Source: a virus
Strand: one strand, 5' to 3'
DNA length: 64,000 nucleotides
Virus record (IMG/VR): IMGVR_UViG_3300042691_035156
Coordinates: 32,001-96,000 of that record
Both the position numbers and the translations under genes were made by a program. The notes under the pieces are model-generated. The model was not told the DNA's origin. It did no database searches and saw only the letters and a program-made list of their open reading frames with translations. Each line of letters begins with the position of its first letter. Position 1 is the stretch's first letter. This document shows positions 29,527 to 39,146 of this stretch, one piece after another.

Positions 29527-32500
29527 CTAGTCCTCTTCAAAATCGGGATGAAGATCGTTTAAGCTTGCCGCAGTGTTTGGCGTGCTTCCAAGAAGGCCAA
29601 TCTTATACTGAGTAAATCTGTCAATTGGATACCAGACTGGCAAGTCGTAGGAAGAAGGTGTTGCATTGGAATCGTAGAATACATCAAAGCCAATTTCGTC
29701 TGTCTTAAAAACTGGATCTTCATCATACAAAACATATTCTGCGTCTGTTTGAGGTCTGGGTATATAGACCGGCTCTTCTGAGTTTGCTTGGCTAGCATCG
29801 TACTTTTCATACCAATAAACTATGTCTCCAGCTATAGTAACAGGCTCAGCGCTTAGAACTGACAACATATCACTTTCAACCCCAACGTACCAGTATCCAG
29901 GTGTGGCATCGTTTTGGGCAACAAAGGGACCAATTTTAAACATACCAGCTGAGTCTGCCTGGACAGCGCCGGCAGCACTTGATTGACCAGGGGTGGCAAG
30001 ACTGTTTGAATAGTCGTGAACAAAAACTCCTGGAAGGTTTCTTGCCTTCCTCCAGTATACATAGGAGTTGGGAGTTGACTTCCCATAAATTTCAACAGAG
30101 TCTGTCGAATTAGCTGTTATAATCTTCTTTGTTGTTTGAGCCAGAATCTTTGGAGAAGAACTAACGCTGGGCATTAGCCAGTAGTTGACGGTAGCAGATA
30201 TTAGGTTCGACTCGCTGTTTTCATTGGCAAAAACATTTGGGCTGCTTAGACCAGTAATATATATAGATGATTCTTGAGAAACAGATGTTGGAGATCCAGA
30301 ATAGGATACTTTAGAGAATCCAAAACCATCTTTATCGGTTGTTACATATTGAGGATCTGAGGCGATTTGGGTTCCAGTTATTGCGAAAGTTTGATTTGGT
30401 TTTGGATTTGAGTTTGTATCTTTTGAGAATATATTAAGAACAATATAATCATTGCCATCAGATAATAGTTTTGCAGGAGAGACGAATGCATCAACAGAAT
30501 TTGCTGTATAGCTACTGTGAGAAAGGTATAAATAACCTTCGTCTACAGCTCCATATAATGGGTTGAGATAAACTCCATCAAGTTCATAGTCCCTATCATA
30601 TATTGAGGACTCGTAGTTAACGGTTGCGCTGTAAGTGCCGTTGGGAGTTGAGGACAAAGTAATCCTTGACCTGTAAGAATCGGTTAAGTTGTCATAAATT
30701 TGATTGTCGAGCACAAATGCGTTACGAACCCTGTAGGATACCCTATAGTTTCTGCCAACAACAAAAGAATTATGTTGCTCAAGAATGTTAGTGATAGAAC
30801 CTAATCCTGAAACTACCGTTGCGCCCGTGTGAGTGTCTTCGACTGTTGCATCAAAGTAGTCACTGTAGGCCAAAAGTAGATAGTCTTTATTTTTTGCGGT
30901 TATATATTCGAAGTTATATAGCGAATACTGTGATGGTGTAGCCTCATCAAAGAAAGACACCTGCCTATACTGAACAGGAGTGGATCCACTTGCTTGAACA
31001 GTGACTATTGCTGGAGCGCCATTTCTAACCACAGAAGACAGATCGTGAGAATCATCAGTATTCCAAGATTCAACAACAGACTTTGCGTATATGAATCCTG
31101 CTTCTCCATCTTGGTAGTACCATCCAGTTTTGATTGAAGGAATTACTTTTTCTTCTTGAGCGGATATATACTGAGCCCTTATCTTAATGTCCTTAAGAAT
31201 GATCTGATCTAATTCTTCATCATAAAAGTTAAGATTTTGAATTCCAGTAGTATCGTTTGAATTATCTTGCCAAATATAAACATTGTCGTTTTCATGCAAT
31301 ATTTCAACTGATCGAACAATTAAATTTTCATCTTCTTCATACTCTTCAAGACCAAAATCAGATCTATACAAAGTGTATTCTCCTACTAGATCTGTTTTTT
31401 TATTTTGAAGATTGTCGTAATTAGAATCTGGAGAAGAGCCTACGACACCCTGTTCCGACAAGTAAAAGCTAAACTCATCATAGTGTGTTGCTTCAAAGTT
31501 TTCCCAAACCTTATATTCAAAAGGATAATAGCCTGATTCCGGTGCATATACTTTTATAAAATCTGGTGTCGCATTATATGGAAACTTCGTTTCAACAAAG
31601 TAATAGTTATGAGTTGAGCCCTCAACGCCAACATAGTGATTGTGTTGGTCAGGTGTAGCAAAGTTTGCGTTAACAAACCCGAGAAGCAAGCTGGGGGAAG
31701 ATGGGATAAGGTGCGTTAGATTTTCTTGTCTATTGACGGAAACTCCTCCGTAGCCAACATATGGAGCTGAGGAATTATCAACATCATAATCGGAGGACAC
31801 CACATTGTCAATGTGAACATATATAGGAGTTGCTTTGTTGGGTAACAAGAAGTTATTTTTTATATCAGAAGGATATATAATAACATCATTTGTTTCAGAA
31901 AGTTTATTGCTTTTATTTACTGTATTTCCAAAAGCTGAAGATCTTACTCTTTCTGTTTCAGAGATTCTTCTTTTTACTGGATCCCATATCCTGGAAGATA
32001 GTTGCAGTCTTGCAAGCAAAGGATCGACCGTAGTTATTGACCTTGAAACAGTTGAAGGTGTGCTGTCAATTATGTTACTGGGCGTTGCTCCAGCAAATCT
32101 TATCCATCCATAATTTCCTGTTGCTCCAAATTGATTGCTTGCACTGAAAAAGCTTATCTGCATTTGGTTAACGGCATAAAATGGAATCTGAGATATATTA
32201 TAAGATTCGGTTGCAGAAACTTCAATTGTATTTTGGTATGGGTTTCCTTCTTGGTTTGCAAAAACTATTGAGGAATCAGAAAATAATGTTGGACCAAATA
32301 TGTCCCTATATATGTATTCTGGTGAAGCAGGGCTGTTCTGATCGTAAGTGTTCTTAACGACGTCAACCAAGTTCGCAGAGTAGGTTGACGTTGTCTCGAT
32401 AATTCCGTGAGGTTGAAGAGTTAGTGCAACTTCATAATTGATAGTCGCTGAACCATTATCTATATAGTCCTCATAATAAGAAACATAAGAATCATACTCA

Positions 32501-34209
32501 ACTTTAATTGGTTCTTTGGCCAGTTCAGTAGAGTCACTCTTTATTCCTTTTATTTTAAGCTCAAAAGAATACTCGTTTATATCTTGTTCAAGTTTTTCAA
32601 GAATTAGCTTTGCGTCATCAAAGTCGCCTACTCCCGGTTGATAGTATATAGAATCAACTGTTGCTGCGTCGGCTATTTGTGATATCGAAGAAACGCCCTC
32701 TTGCTTTGAGCCTGCGTAATCCCAATACGTTTCCCCCCACTTTGCATAGCCTATGTTGGATGGAAATCTTGTGTTTATGTCTTCAACAAAGTTACGAAAA
32801 TCTTGTGTTGGATTATTGTTAAAATCAGAATATCTTGGGCTTGCTTGTGCAATCTCGGATATTTCTATAATCTCTGGTGTTGCTCCAACATAATTTGAAT
32901 CTGGAGTTGAACCAAATGCTCTCCAAATATCGAGCTCTCTTCTAAGTGTCCTCTTCAATCCTTCTACATCAACTGATGGCGGGTTTAGGTATACATCAAG
33001 AATTCTTTTTTTAAAGTTTAAGTTGTTTTCAAGATAGAGTCTTTGCAAGCCAACTCTAAGTCCAAGTTCATCAAATGAGTTAAAGTTCTGAAACGGAATC
33101 TGCTCAACAGAATCTCCATCAACCTCAAGAGTAATAAATGGTCTTATAGTTATTAGTCGCTGAGCAACGAAGTCATAGTAAAAAACATACTCGTTAAAGC
33201 TTGTTTGAAACAAGTCTGTATAGCTTGCTACCCTTGCTAGCTCAAGACCGTCTCCAACAACTTTAATAAAACCTGGCCTTACATTTGTTGCAACGTAGGT
33301 CCAAGCAACCTGGTTGACGTCTGCTGTAGAAATAAAGGAGTTAATTTCTATTTCTGAAACTAGCTCATCTACTTTATCAAGATCTTCGCCAAGTACTGAG
33401 TTGATTATTTTGCCAGCTTGACTTTCTGGAAGGGCAATCTCTGGAGTCGCCCTTTCCAATGAATCTGAATACATCTTTGTCCAAGATGGAAACCTTGATA
33501 ATACATTTCTTGCATGGTCGGTTATCACTGGACTTACTATTTCTGCTATATTCATTTGCATTAATAGAAGGAGGTTTGCATCGTCTAAGTCTGAGTCTGA
33601 TACAAAATTAATTATTACCTTTAAATATCTTTTAATATTTGTTAGGAACAGTACATTATTGTTGCTTTCGACAAATGCTATTTGTTGCCACTCAGAGTCT
33701 GTTGCGTTTGGATTATCGGATGATAAGATTTTTAAAGAGAAAGTAGGATTTTCCAATCCTGGCAGGTTAGTAAATGAGTGCTTGTAACCCACAAGGTCAA
33801 TCTGACTACTTGTATCAACAAATCTTAAATAAGAATCTACAAATTGATCTGGGTTTAAAATTGATTGATCTGGATTTTCTAAATCAAAAAGAAAGAAGTC
33901 TGCAACTTGTTGATCATAGTTGTACAGATAGTATGGGGTCCAATCAGGGTCTCTTACTACCTCTCCATAATTAGTGACCTTGTACGCATTGTTTAGTGTT
34001 GGAGTTGCCGAAGAGGTAGCATAGTTTGGGGAAGAAACTTCTGTTCCTACAAAAGTGTAATTTCCAAGTTCATTTAAACCATAAGGAGATCTATATGTTG
34101 AGTAGTTTGTATAGAATCTATTTGAGTATAGATCAAAAGAAGAAGAGGTCCAAGTTTTGCCACTTATTGCAAAATCTGAATTGTTTAAAGCTAAGAAATA
34201 AGTTTTCAT
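29527..34209 (-). CDS. large baseplate/tail-associated protein rich in [A/S]TP motifs (1560 aa)
   Basis: Directly downstream of baseplate J. FDELGLRVGLQRL..E.N..FKKRI resembles baseplate wedge/tail protein I motifs. Ig-like C-terminus. Confidence 0.7.
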   Translation of the reverse strand: MKTYFLALNNSDFAISGKTWTSSSFDLYSNRFYTNYSTYRSPYGLNELGNYTFVGTEVSSPNYATSSATPTLNNAYKVTNYGEVVRDPDWTPYYLYNYDQQVADFFLFDLENPDQSILNPDQFVDSYLRFVDTSSQIDLVGYKHSFTNLPGLENPTFSLKILSSDNPNATDSEWQQIAFVESNNNVLFLTNIKRYLKVIINFVSDSDLDDANLLLLMQMNIAEIVSPVITDHARNVLSRFPSWTKMYSDSLERATPEIALPESQAGKIINSVLGEDLDKVDELVSEIEINSFISTADVNQVAWTYVATNVRPGFIKVVGDGLELARVASYTDLFQTSFNEYVFYYDFVAQRLITIRPFITLEVDGDSVEQIPFQNFNSFDELGLRVGLQRLYLENNLNFKKRILDVYLNPPSVDVEGLKRTLRRELDIWRAFGSTPDSNYVGATPEIIEISEIAQASPRYSDFNNNPTQDFRNFVEDINTRFPSNIGYAKWGETYWDYAGSKQEGVSSISQIADAATVDSIYYQPGVGDFDDAKLILEKLEQDINEYSFELKIKGIKSDSTELAKEPIKVEYDSYVSYYEDYIDNGSATINYEVALTLQPHGIIETTSTYSANLVDVVKNTYDQNSPASPEYIYRDIFGPTLFSDSSIVFANQEGNPYQNTIEVSATESYNISQIPFYAVNQMQISFFSASNQFGATGNYGWIRFAGATPSNIIDSTPSTVSRSITTVDPLLARLQLSSRIWDPVKRRISETERVRSSAFGNTVNKSNKLSETNDVIIYPSDIKNNFLLPNKATPIYVHIDNVVSSDYDVDNSSAPYVGYGGVSVNRQENLTHLIPSSPSLLLGFVNANFATPDQHNHYVGVEGSTHNYYFVETKFPYNATPDFIKVYAPESGYYPFEYKVWENFEATHYDEFSFYLSEQGVVGSSPDSNYDNLQNKKTDLVGEYTLYRSDFGLEEYEEDENLIVRSVEILHENDNVYIWQDNSNDTTGIQNLNFYDEELDQIILKDIKIRAQYISAQEEKVIPSIKTGWYYQDGEAGFIYAKSVVESWNTDDSHDLSSVVRNGAPAIVTVQASGSTPVQYRQVSFFDEATPSQYSLYNFEYITAKNKDYLLLAYSDYFDATVEDTHTGATVVSGLGSITNILEQHNSFVVGRNYRVSYRVRNAFVLDNQIYDNLTDSYRSRITLSSTPNGTYSATVNYESSIYDRDYELDGVYLNPLYGAVDEGYLYLSHSSYTANSVDAFVSPAKLLSDGNDYIVLNIFSKDTNSNPKPNQTFAITGTQIASDPQYVTTDKDGFGFSKVSYSGSPTSVSQESSIYITGLSSPNVFANENSESNLISATVNYWLMPSVSSSPKILAQTTKKIITANSTDSVEIYGKSTPNSYVYWRKARNLPGVFVHDYSNSLATPGQSSAAGAVQADSAGMFKIGPFVAQNDATPGYWYVGVESDMLSVLSAEPVTIAGDIVYWYEKYDASQANSEEPVYIPRPQTDAEYVLYDEDPVFKTDEIGFDVFYDSNATPSSYDLPVWYPIDRFTQYKIGLLGSTPNTAASLNDLHPDFEED

Positions 34210-34240
34210 TTACCTAGGACCGTATTCTTTATTAAATAAA

Positions 34241-35410
34241 TTAATAATTTACAGATGACATTATAACAGAAAATACTGAAACAGTTCCTGCAATCATGTA
34301 CTTTCTGTCATCATTTATTCTATAAATACCTTTTGGTATTTCTTCTCCATTTACTGATACACTTAAAATATTTACAGATTTAATATAATCAGACGACAAT
34401 CTAGCCTGCATCTCTATATCCCCAAAGGATATGCTGTCTCCTATTGTCTTTGAATTTAAATATCTGGATAAAAATAGATTGGCTTGATTTTCAATTCCAG
34501 TAACTGTTTTTTCATTTAGCCCCGCAGGAAGCACTATGCTAACTGCGACATTTACAGGAGTTCTTTCTGCTATGCGAGCATTTAGTCTTACTCCAACTGG
34601 CTTAACTTCATACAAAGCTGACACCACTGTGTTTGCCAAGTCTGTTGTTACCCTTTGTGACTCTGGCACTATTATGACATCACATGAACCAAGGCCATAA
34701 GAGGACTCCCTAATCCTAACGTCTCTTACACCTTTTACGCCTAGTGCTCTTAATCTTATTGATTCTGCTGTTCCAAAAGAGTTGCTTTTAATTGCTTTAG
34801 CGATTCTTCTTCTGAACAACTCGTCTGACTCCATGTTTATCATAGAGTAAACTTCTTTAGGGTTTGAACAGAAAACCACAACACCATCAGCAGAAATAAA
34901 GTTGTGTCTTGTTAATGTATTTTTTGAAGCAGTAAAGTCGTTGCCCATAAAATTAGGAACAACCCTTCCATAAGCCCTAGTTGTTCCTAGTTGTATGGTT
35001 ACGTCTCCAACAAGCCTATATTGGTATTGATTGCTTGAAAAGTCTGTTACGTCATTAAACACCAATGTGTTGCTAGGTATTGTGATTGCAGAGGAGTGCG
35101 GTGCTGAAATAGCAAACTCAATATTAAAACTTGCTCTCTCGTCTTGCACCTCTTCAGACACAGACCTTCTAAATACACCATATAAATCACCTATAAGATC
35201 AAGAGCCCTTCCAGTTGCGGTAGACAAAGAAGCTTGGTCAACACTAAACTTTATAGCCTCATAAAGATCGCCTATCTCAACAGCCATTGCCTCAGCTAAA
35301 GCTTTTGCTATTGACCCAGGATAGGTGGCTGTAATGCCAGCATTTCTTTGGAGTGCGCTAAGTATATTGGATAGAATTTGTTGTTTTGATTTTGAATAGG
35401 TTATGGACAT
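34241..35410 (-). CDS. baseplate J-like wedge protein
   Basis: PGSIAKALAEA, STATGRALDLIG..GV.R, ESDELFRRRI, GT..SI, VKPVGV. Confidence 0.85.
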   Translation of the reverse strand: MSITYSKSKQQILSNILSALQRNAGITATYPGSIAKALAEAMAVEIGDLYEAIKFSVDQASLSTATGRALDLIGDLYGVFRRSVSEEVQDERASFNIEFAISAPHSSAITIPSNTLVFNDVTDFSSNQYQYRLVGDVTIQLGTTRAYGRVVPNFMGNDFTASKNTLTRHNFISADGVVVFCSNPKEVYSMINMESDELFRRRIAKAIKSNSFGTAESIRLRALGVKGVRDVRIRESSYGLGSCDVIIVPESQRVTTDLANTVVSALYEVKPVGVRLNARIAERTPVNVAVSIVLPAGLNEKTVTGIENQANLFLSRYLNSKTIGDSISFGDIEMQARLSSDYIKSVNILSVSVNGEEIPKGIYRINDDRKYMIAGTVSVFSVIMSSVNY

Positions 35411-35421
35411 TTTTTAATCTC

Positions 35422-35799
35422 CTAATTAAGATCTTGGGTTACTGATATAGTTACTGGCTCAGCGCTATTGTCTCTAACCTGAACGTCAAATCTAATTGCA
35501 GTTCTTGATACTGGCACAGCTTCAATGACCATGTTCCTGTCAGCAAAGACTCCCTCCCTAACAAGCGCTTGCCTGATTAGTCTCCTACCAATGTCTCCTG
35601 TTGCTTTTGACTGCGGCATTCCATAGAGCATATTGAGGTCGCAACCAAGCTGGGGGTATGAATAAAAATCTCCTGGCTCTGTCATCAGCCTAATATAAAT
35701 TTGCTGAACGTCAGAATGAGCCCTTGTTTGAGTAAGGGCTATGTCTTTATTTGGAGTAATCTTAATATCTCCACTTAAATCCAAATAAAAATCAGACAT
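35422..35799 (-). CDS. gp25/W-like baseplate wedge (sheath initiator) protein
   Basis: GDI....DIAL..QQIYIRLMTEPGD..YPQLGCDL; immediately upstream of baseplate J. Confidence 0.75.
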   Translation of the reverse strand: MSDFYLDLSGDIKITPNKDIALTQTRAHSDVQQIYIRLMTEPGDFYSYPQLGCDLNMLYGMPQSKATGDIGRRLIRQALVREGVFADRNMVIEAVPVSRTAIRFDVQVRDNSAEPVTISVTQDLN

Positions 35800-35810
35800 T
35801 TTAATTTATC

Positions 35811-36515
35811 CTATTCATCTCTTATCCAAGGAAAGTCTTCCAGATCATCTTCTATCCAAGGAAAATCTTCTAGTGTGTCGCTTATTTCGTAATCTTCATT
35901 TTCTATTTTGTCTATGGCATCGGAGAAACTGTAGCCAGCTTGCAGAAACTCAATGAGCCTATCAACATCAGATTGCGCATTTGTCTTTGCAAACTGATCA
36001 ACAAGCTGTTGCTGCTCTGCTGTTATACCCCTTTGCTCAGGGCCAAAATCAGGTTGAGCCAGGGCGTTGTCGCTTAGGCCATACCTTCCTCCTATAGTAA
36101 CTGGATTTATATCTTCTTCCTCAACTAAATTGTCTAAATTATTTAAATAATAGTTTGTATTATAAAAAGCTGGGTTATTAGCAAATGGGTTTGTTTTAAT
36201 TAAGGCTGGCTCGTTGTAGGTGTCTGAAGACGGGTTAAAGGACATATTGTTCCACCTAAGGCCATCATCTTCTTTGCTGTAAATTTTAACAGTATCTGCA
36301 AAAAAAGATATACTTCTAGTGCTTGGGTTAATGACTATCCCAACACCAGGTGCGGCAAATATTTCAATTTCTCCAGAATCTGCTATTTTAACAAATGCTT
36401 TATTATCCGGATGATTTAAGCCTACTTCTCTACTTGAAAAATGCTTTCTTTTTCGAAGCTCAAATGCCTCACTGAAAGGTTTCTGTTGTTCATTTTCATT
36501 TTCATAATCGTACAT
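35811..36515 (-). CDS. hypothetical baseplate-region protein
   Basis: Between the spike-like and gp25-like genes. HPDNKAFVKIADSGEIEI resembles gpV C-terminal strands. Confidence 0.55.
   Translation of the reverse strand: MYDYENENEQQKPFSEAFELRKRKHFSSREVGLNHPDNKAFVKIADSGEIEIFAAPGVGIVINPSTRSISFFADTVKIYSKEDDGLRWNNMSFNPSSDTYNEPALIKTNPFANNPAFYNTNYYLNNLDNLVEEEDINPVTIGGRYGLSDNALAQPDFGPEQRGITAEQQQLVDQFAKTNAQSDVDRLIEFLQAGYSFSDAIDKIENEDYEISDTLEDFPWIEDDLEDFPWIRDE
35823..35873. repeat. 30-bp tandem duplication (LEDFPWI x2)
   Basis: TATCCAAGGAAA(G/A)TCTTC(C/T)AG at 35823 and 35853. Confidence 0.8.
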
Positions 36516-36518
36516 AAT

Positions 36519-36884
36519 TTACACCATAAACTTTGGTATGCCAGTGTCAGAAACGCTATTGTTCATGTTTTTTGCAGTATCATAAGGATCCATGAAAAAA
36601 GTTAAAATATAAGGATCTCTTTCTGAGTCACTTCTAAAGCCGACAAGGCACCTAAGTCCTCCGTGTGGAGCAACGGTTTGAATGCCATAATTAAATGGGC
36701 ACGGCACATTATTTACTATATCCCCTACTGTCCCAGCATACTTTTCATCAAGTAAGACTGTTGCGGTATTGGTTGACTTATCATAGCTGATAACTACGCC
36801 TGGACGCGTTCTTGTTTGTTCAAACTTTTTAGCTGTTATTTGATCATTAATTTTTTGATCAAACTTTGGATATATCATTGCCAT
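36519..36884 (-). CDS. baseplate spike (gpV/gp45) N-terminal OB-fold-like protein
   Basis: GVVISYDK..TATV..NVPCP..P.GG.RCLVGF. Start at MAMIYP; the upstream extension overlaps the previous gene. Confidence 0.6.
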   Translation of the reverse strand: MAMIYPKFDQKINDQITAKKFEQTRTRPGVVISYDKSTNTATVLLDEKYAGTVGDIVNNVPCPFNYGIQTVAPHGGLRCLVGFRSDSERDPYILTFFMDPYDTAKNMNNSVSDTGIPKFMV

Positions 36885-36894
36885 AAAATTCTTC

Positions 36895-39145
36895 CTAATT
36901 TGGTGCTGGTTTTTTTGGCCAACCCTCCGGTGGGTTATAGGCCCTTGATCCGTCAGGTTGCCTTGACTTGTATATTGGTTTATATATTTTTCCATCAATC
37001 CAAGATTGAAGACTGCTTTTTTTGGTTATTGGATCAGGATTTCTGCTTCTAGAATCTTGTGGAAACACTCTTAAAACCCAATTTGCTAGATCGTCTGCAC
37101 TCTTTCCGGTTAATCTTTTGTATACATCTTGAGCATACCAGTAGGTGTTTTTACCAGCTCTAGGACCCCTGGTCCATCCTCCGGATATAAAACCGTGATA
37201 CAAGAAACTGTCCCCCCAGGCCTTACCCATGGCTTTGCTTATTGTGTCAAGTCTAGTTAGCTCTGTTTTGCCTTGTTTTGACCTAAACATATATAGTTGA
37301 TTTATTGGGATAAAAGCTCTTCTGTCCCAATACTGTCTACCCGCATTATTTGTTGGATCGTTCCTTTGTTTGTCTCTTATGAAAGCGTCTCTTTGCTCGT
37401 TGGTCATCTGATCTAAGCCATCTCTTTTCCACTCTGCGTAGGCCAGTTTCCACATTTCGAGCACTTCTTCATTTGGAATAACCAATTTGGTTTTGTTTAA
37501 ACCACCTGAGTTTGATCTAGTTCCTACTTGAAGAAGCCCAACAAAGCCACTGCTATTGGTGGACCAGGGGTTCCAACTACTTTCTCTCAACGCCATACCG
37601 GTCCATATTGCGGCAGCTTCTTCTGAAAAATTGCCAAAGTCATTAAACAATGTAAAAACTTCATCCGGAGAAAGGTTTGGGTCTCCCGTATAATATGATT
37701 TTCTTAGCTTTGCTGTGATCGAAGCTGCAACTCCGGCACCGCCTGTGCCACCAGCTCCACCGGCTCCACCTGTTGTTGCGGGTGTTGTTGGTGGCAACAT
37801 AGCTGAAGCTGGTAAAATAGCTCCGCCCCTTTTGGCACCAAAACTGATGTGTATGTGGTTTTTGTGACTTGAATCTGCGTGAAAGTTTACATGACCAGCT
37901 AAATTGGGATGAGACTTTCTTATGACGCTATCTGCAGACTCAAGTCCCTCTCGTACTCCAAGTTGATCTCTTAAATTATCTCCGATAACTATTAAGTCTG
38001 GGTGCAACGATTGGGGCATCTGCTCAATATAAGACAGCAACAATGTAAGGGCTTGCAGATAATAACTTGCTGCAGGAGCTGATCCAAGCCAGTAGGCTTG
38101 CTGCTTAGTGATGCCAACTGCCCCTATATCAAACCCCCTACCAAAAGCATGGTCGGAAACGCTATTGTTTCCTTCTGTTAGAGCACTAAAGTTTGGACCA
38201 ATAATTCCTCTCCATGTTCCAAATCCACCCTTAATAAAAAGGCTGTCAGTTAATCTTGAAAGAAGCTCGATAAGGGCTGCTGATGGATAAGCTTTTCTTG
38301 CGCCAGTTCCAAAAAGAGATTTATCTATAACGTCCGTTTTGTATGAGTATCTGTCTCCGCTTTTAATATAAGAACCAGATTGAGATATATCAAAAGTAAG
38401 ACTTTTTAAATTTTGCCCTTTTGAGTTTGTATCAAAATTTATTGAAAATCCATTTAAACTTATTGAACCATCAAAATTTGCTTTGTTGTTTAGTGCGTTG
38501 ATTTTGTTTTGGTACTCTGTTTTTTCAGCTTCTGTAAGTTGATCGATAAGGGCAACATATCTGTTTCCGTTATTGTAGACCTCTCCAGAAGAAGAAACAT
38601 AACCATCAGTGTTGTGCTCTATGGTTTGTCCAGTGTTTTCATCATATATAACTCCTCCGTTCTTGGGCTCCCGTAGATTTTTCTGATAACCTTCCAGAGA
38701 CAACATCTGCAGTAGCAGAAGATACAAAGTTTTCAACCGCATCGTCAAAACCACCTGGGGCAAATCCAGTTGTCATAATTGATTTTCTGGCTATTTCCAT
38801 TTTTGCTTGGGCACCTGTCAGCCTTGCTTCATTTTTTGGATCGTCCGGATCTGCGACAGCAACAGTTTCATCAATGTCAGATCCCATTGCAAGCACTGTG
38901 TGCAAAGCTGCTTTAGTATTGTTTTCATATCCAGCGAGAGGGAAAGCAGGATTCCTATAGATACCATCGCCCTGCATAACCTTGATAACGTCCCTAGTCA
39001 TCAAACTTCTGTCATAGTTGTCGTCTTGAGAATAAGAGGTATTTTTTATTATCTGTTGATTCTCAGGATAAAAAGACCTTTTAACCATTGACGTTATAGA
39101 CTGAGAGTCTCCAAGGTCGTCTACGTTTACATTGAAATCGGCCAT
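36895..39145 (-). CDS. virion cell-wall hydrolase (M15-like Zn peptidase plus SLT lytic transglycosylase); +1 frameshift at 38659 (about 749 aa reconstructed)
   Basis: 167-aa ORF ..GAQE-CGG-A joins the 622-aa ORF at GGVIYDE. SDHAFGRGFDIG..HKNHIHISF; ALRESSWNP..GLLQV. Confidence 0.75.
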
Positions 39146-39146
39146 C

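Noticed and set aside
36885-36998. In-frame CGG-A (36926-36929) in the 159-aa ORF as a counter-example
   Set aside because: It lies in the upstream extension that overlaps the hydrolase gene. The real start is most likely ATG 36884, so this codon is probably not translated in that frame.
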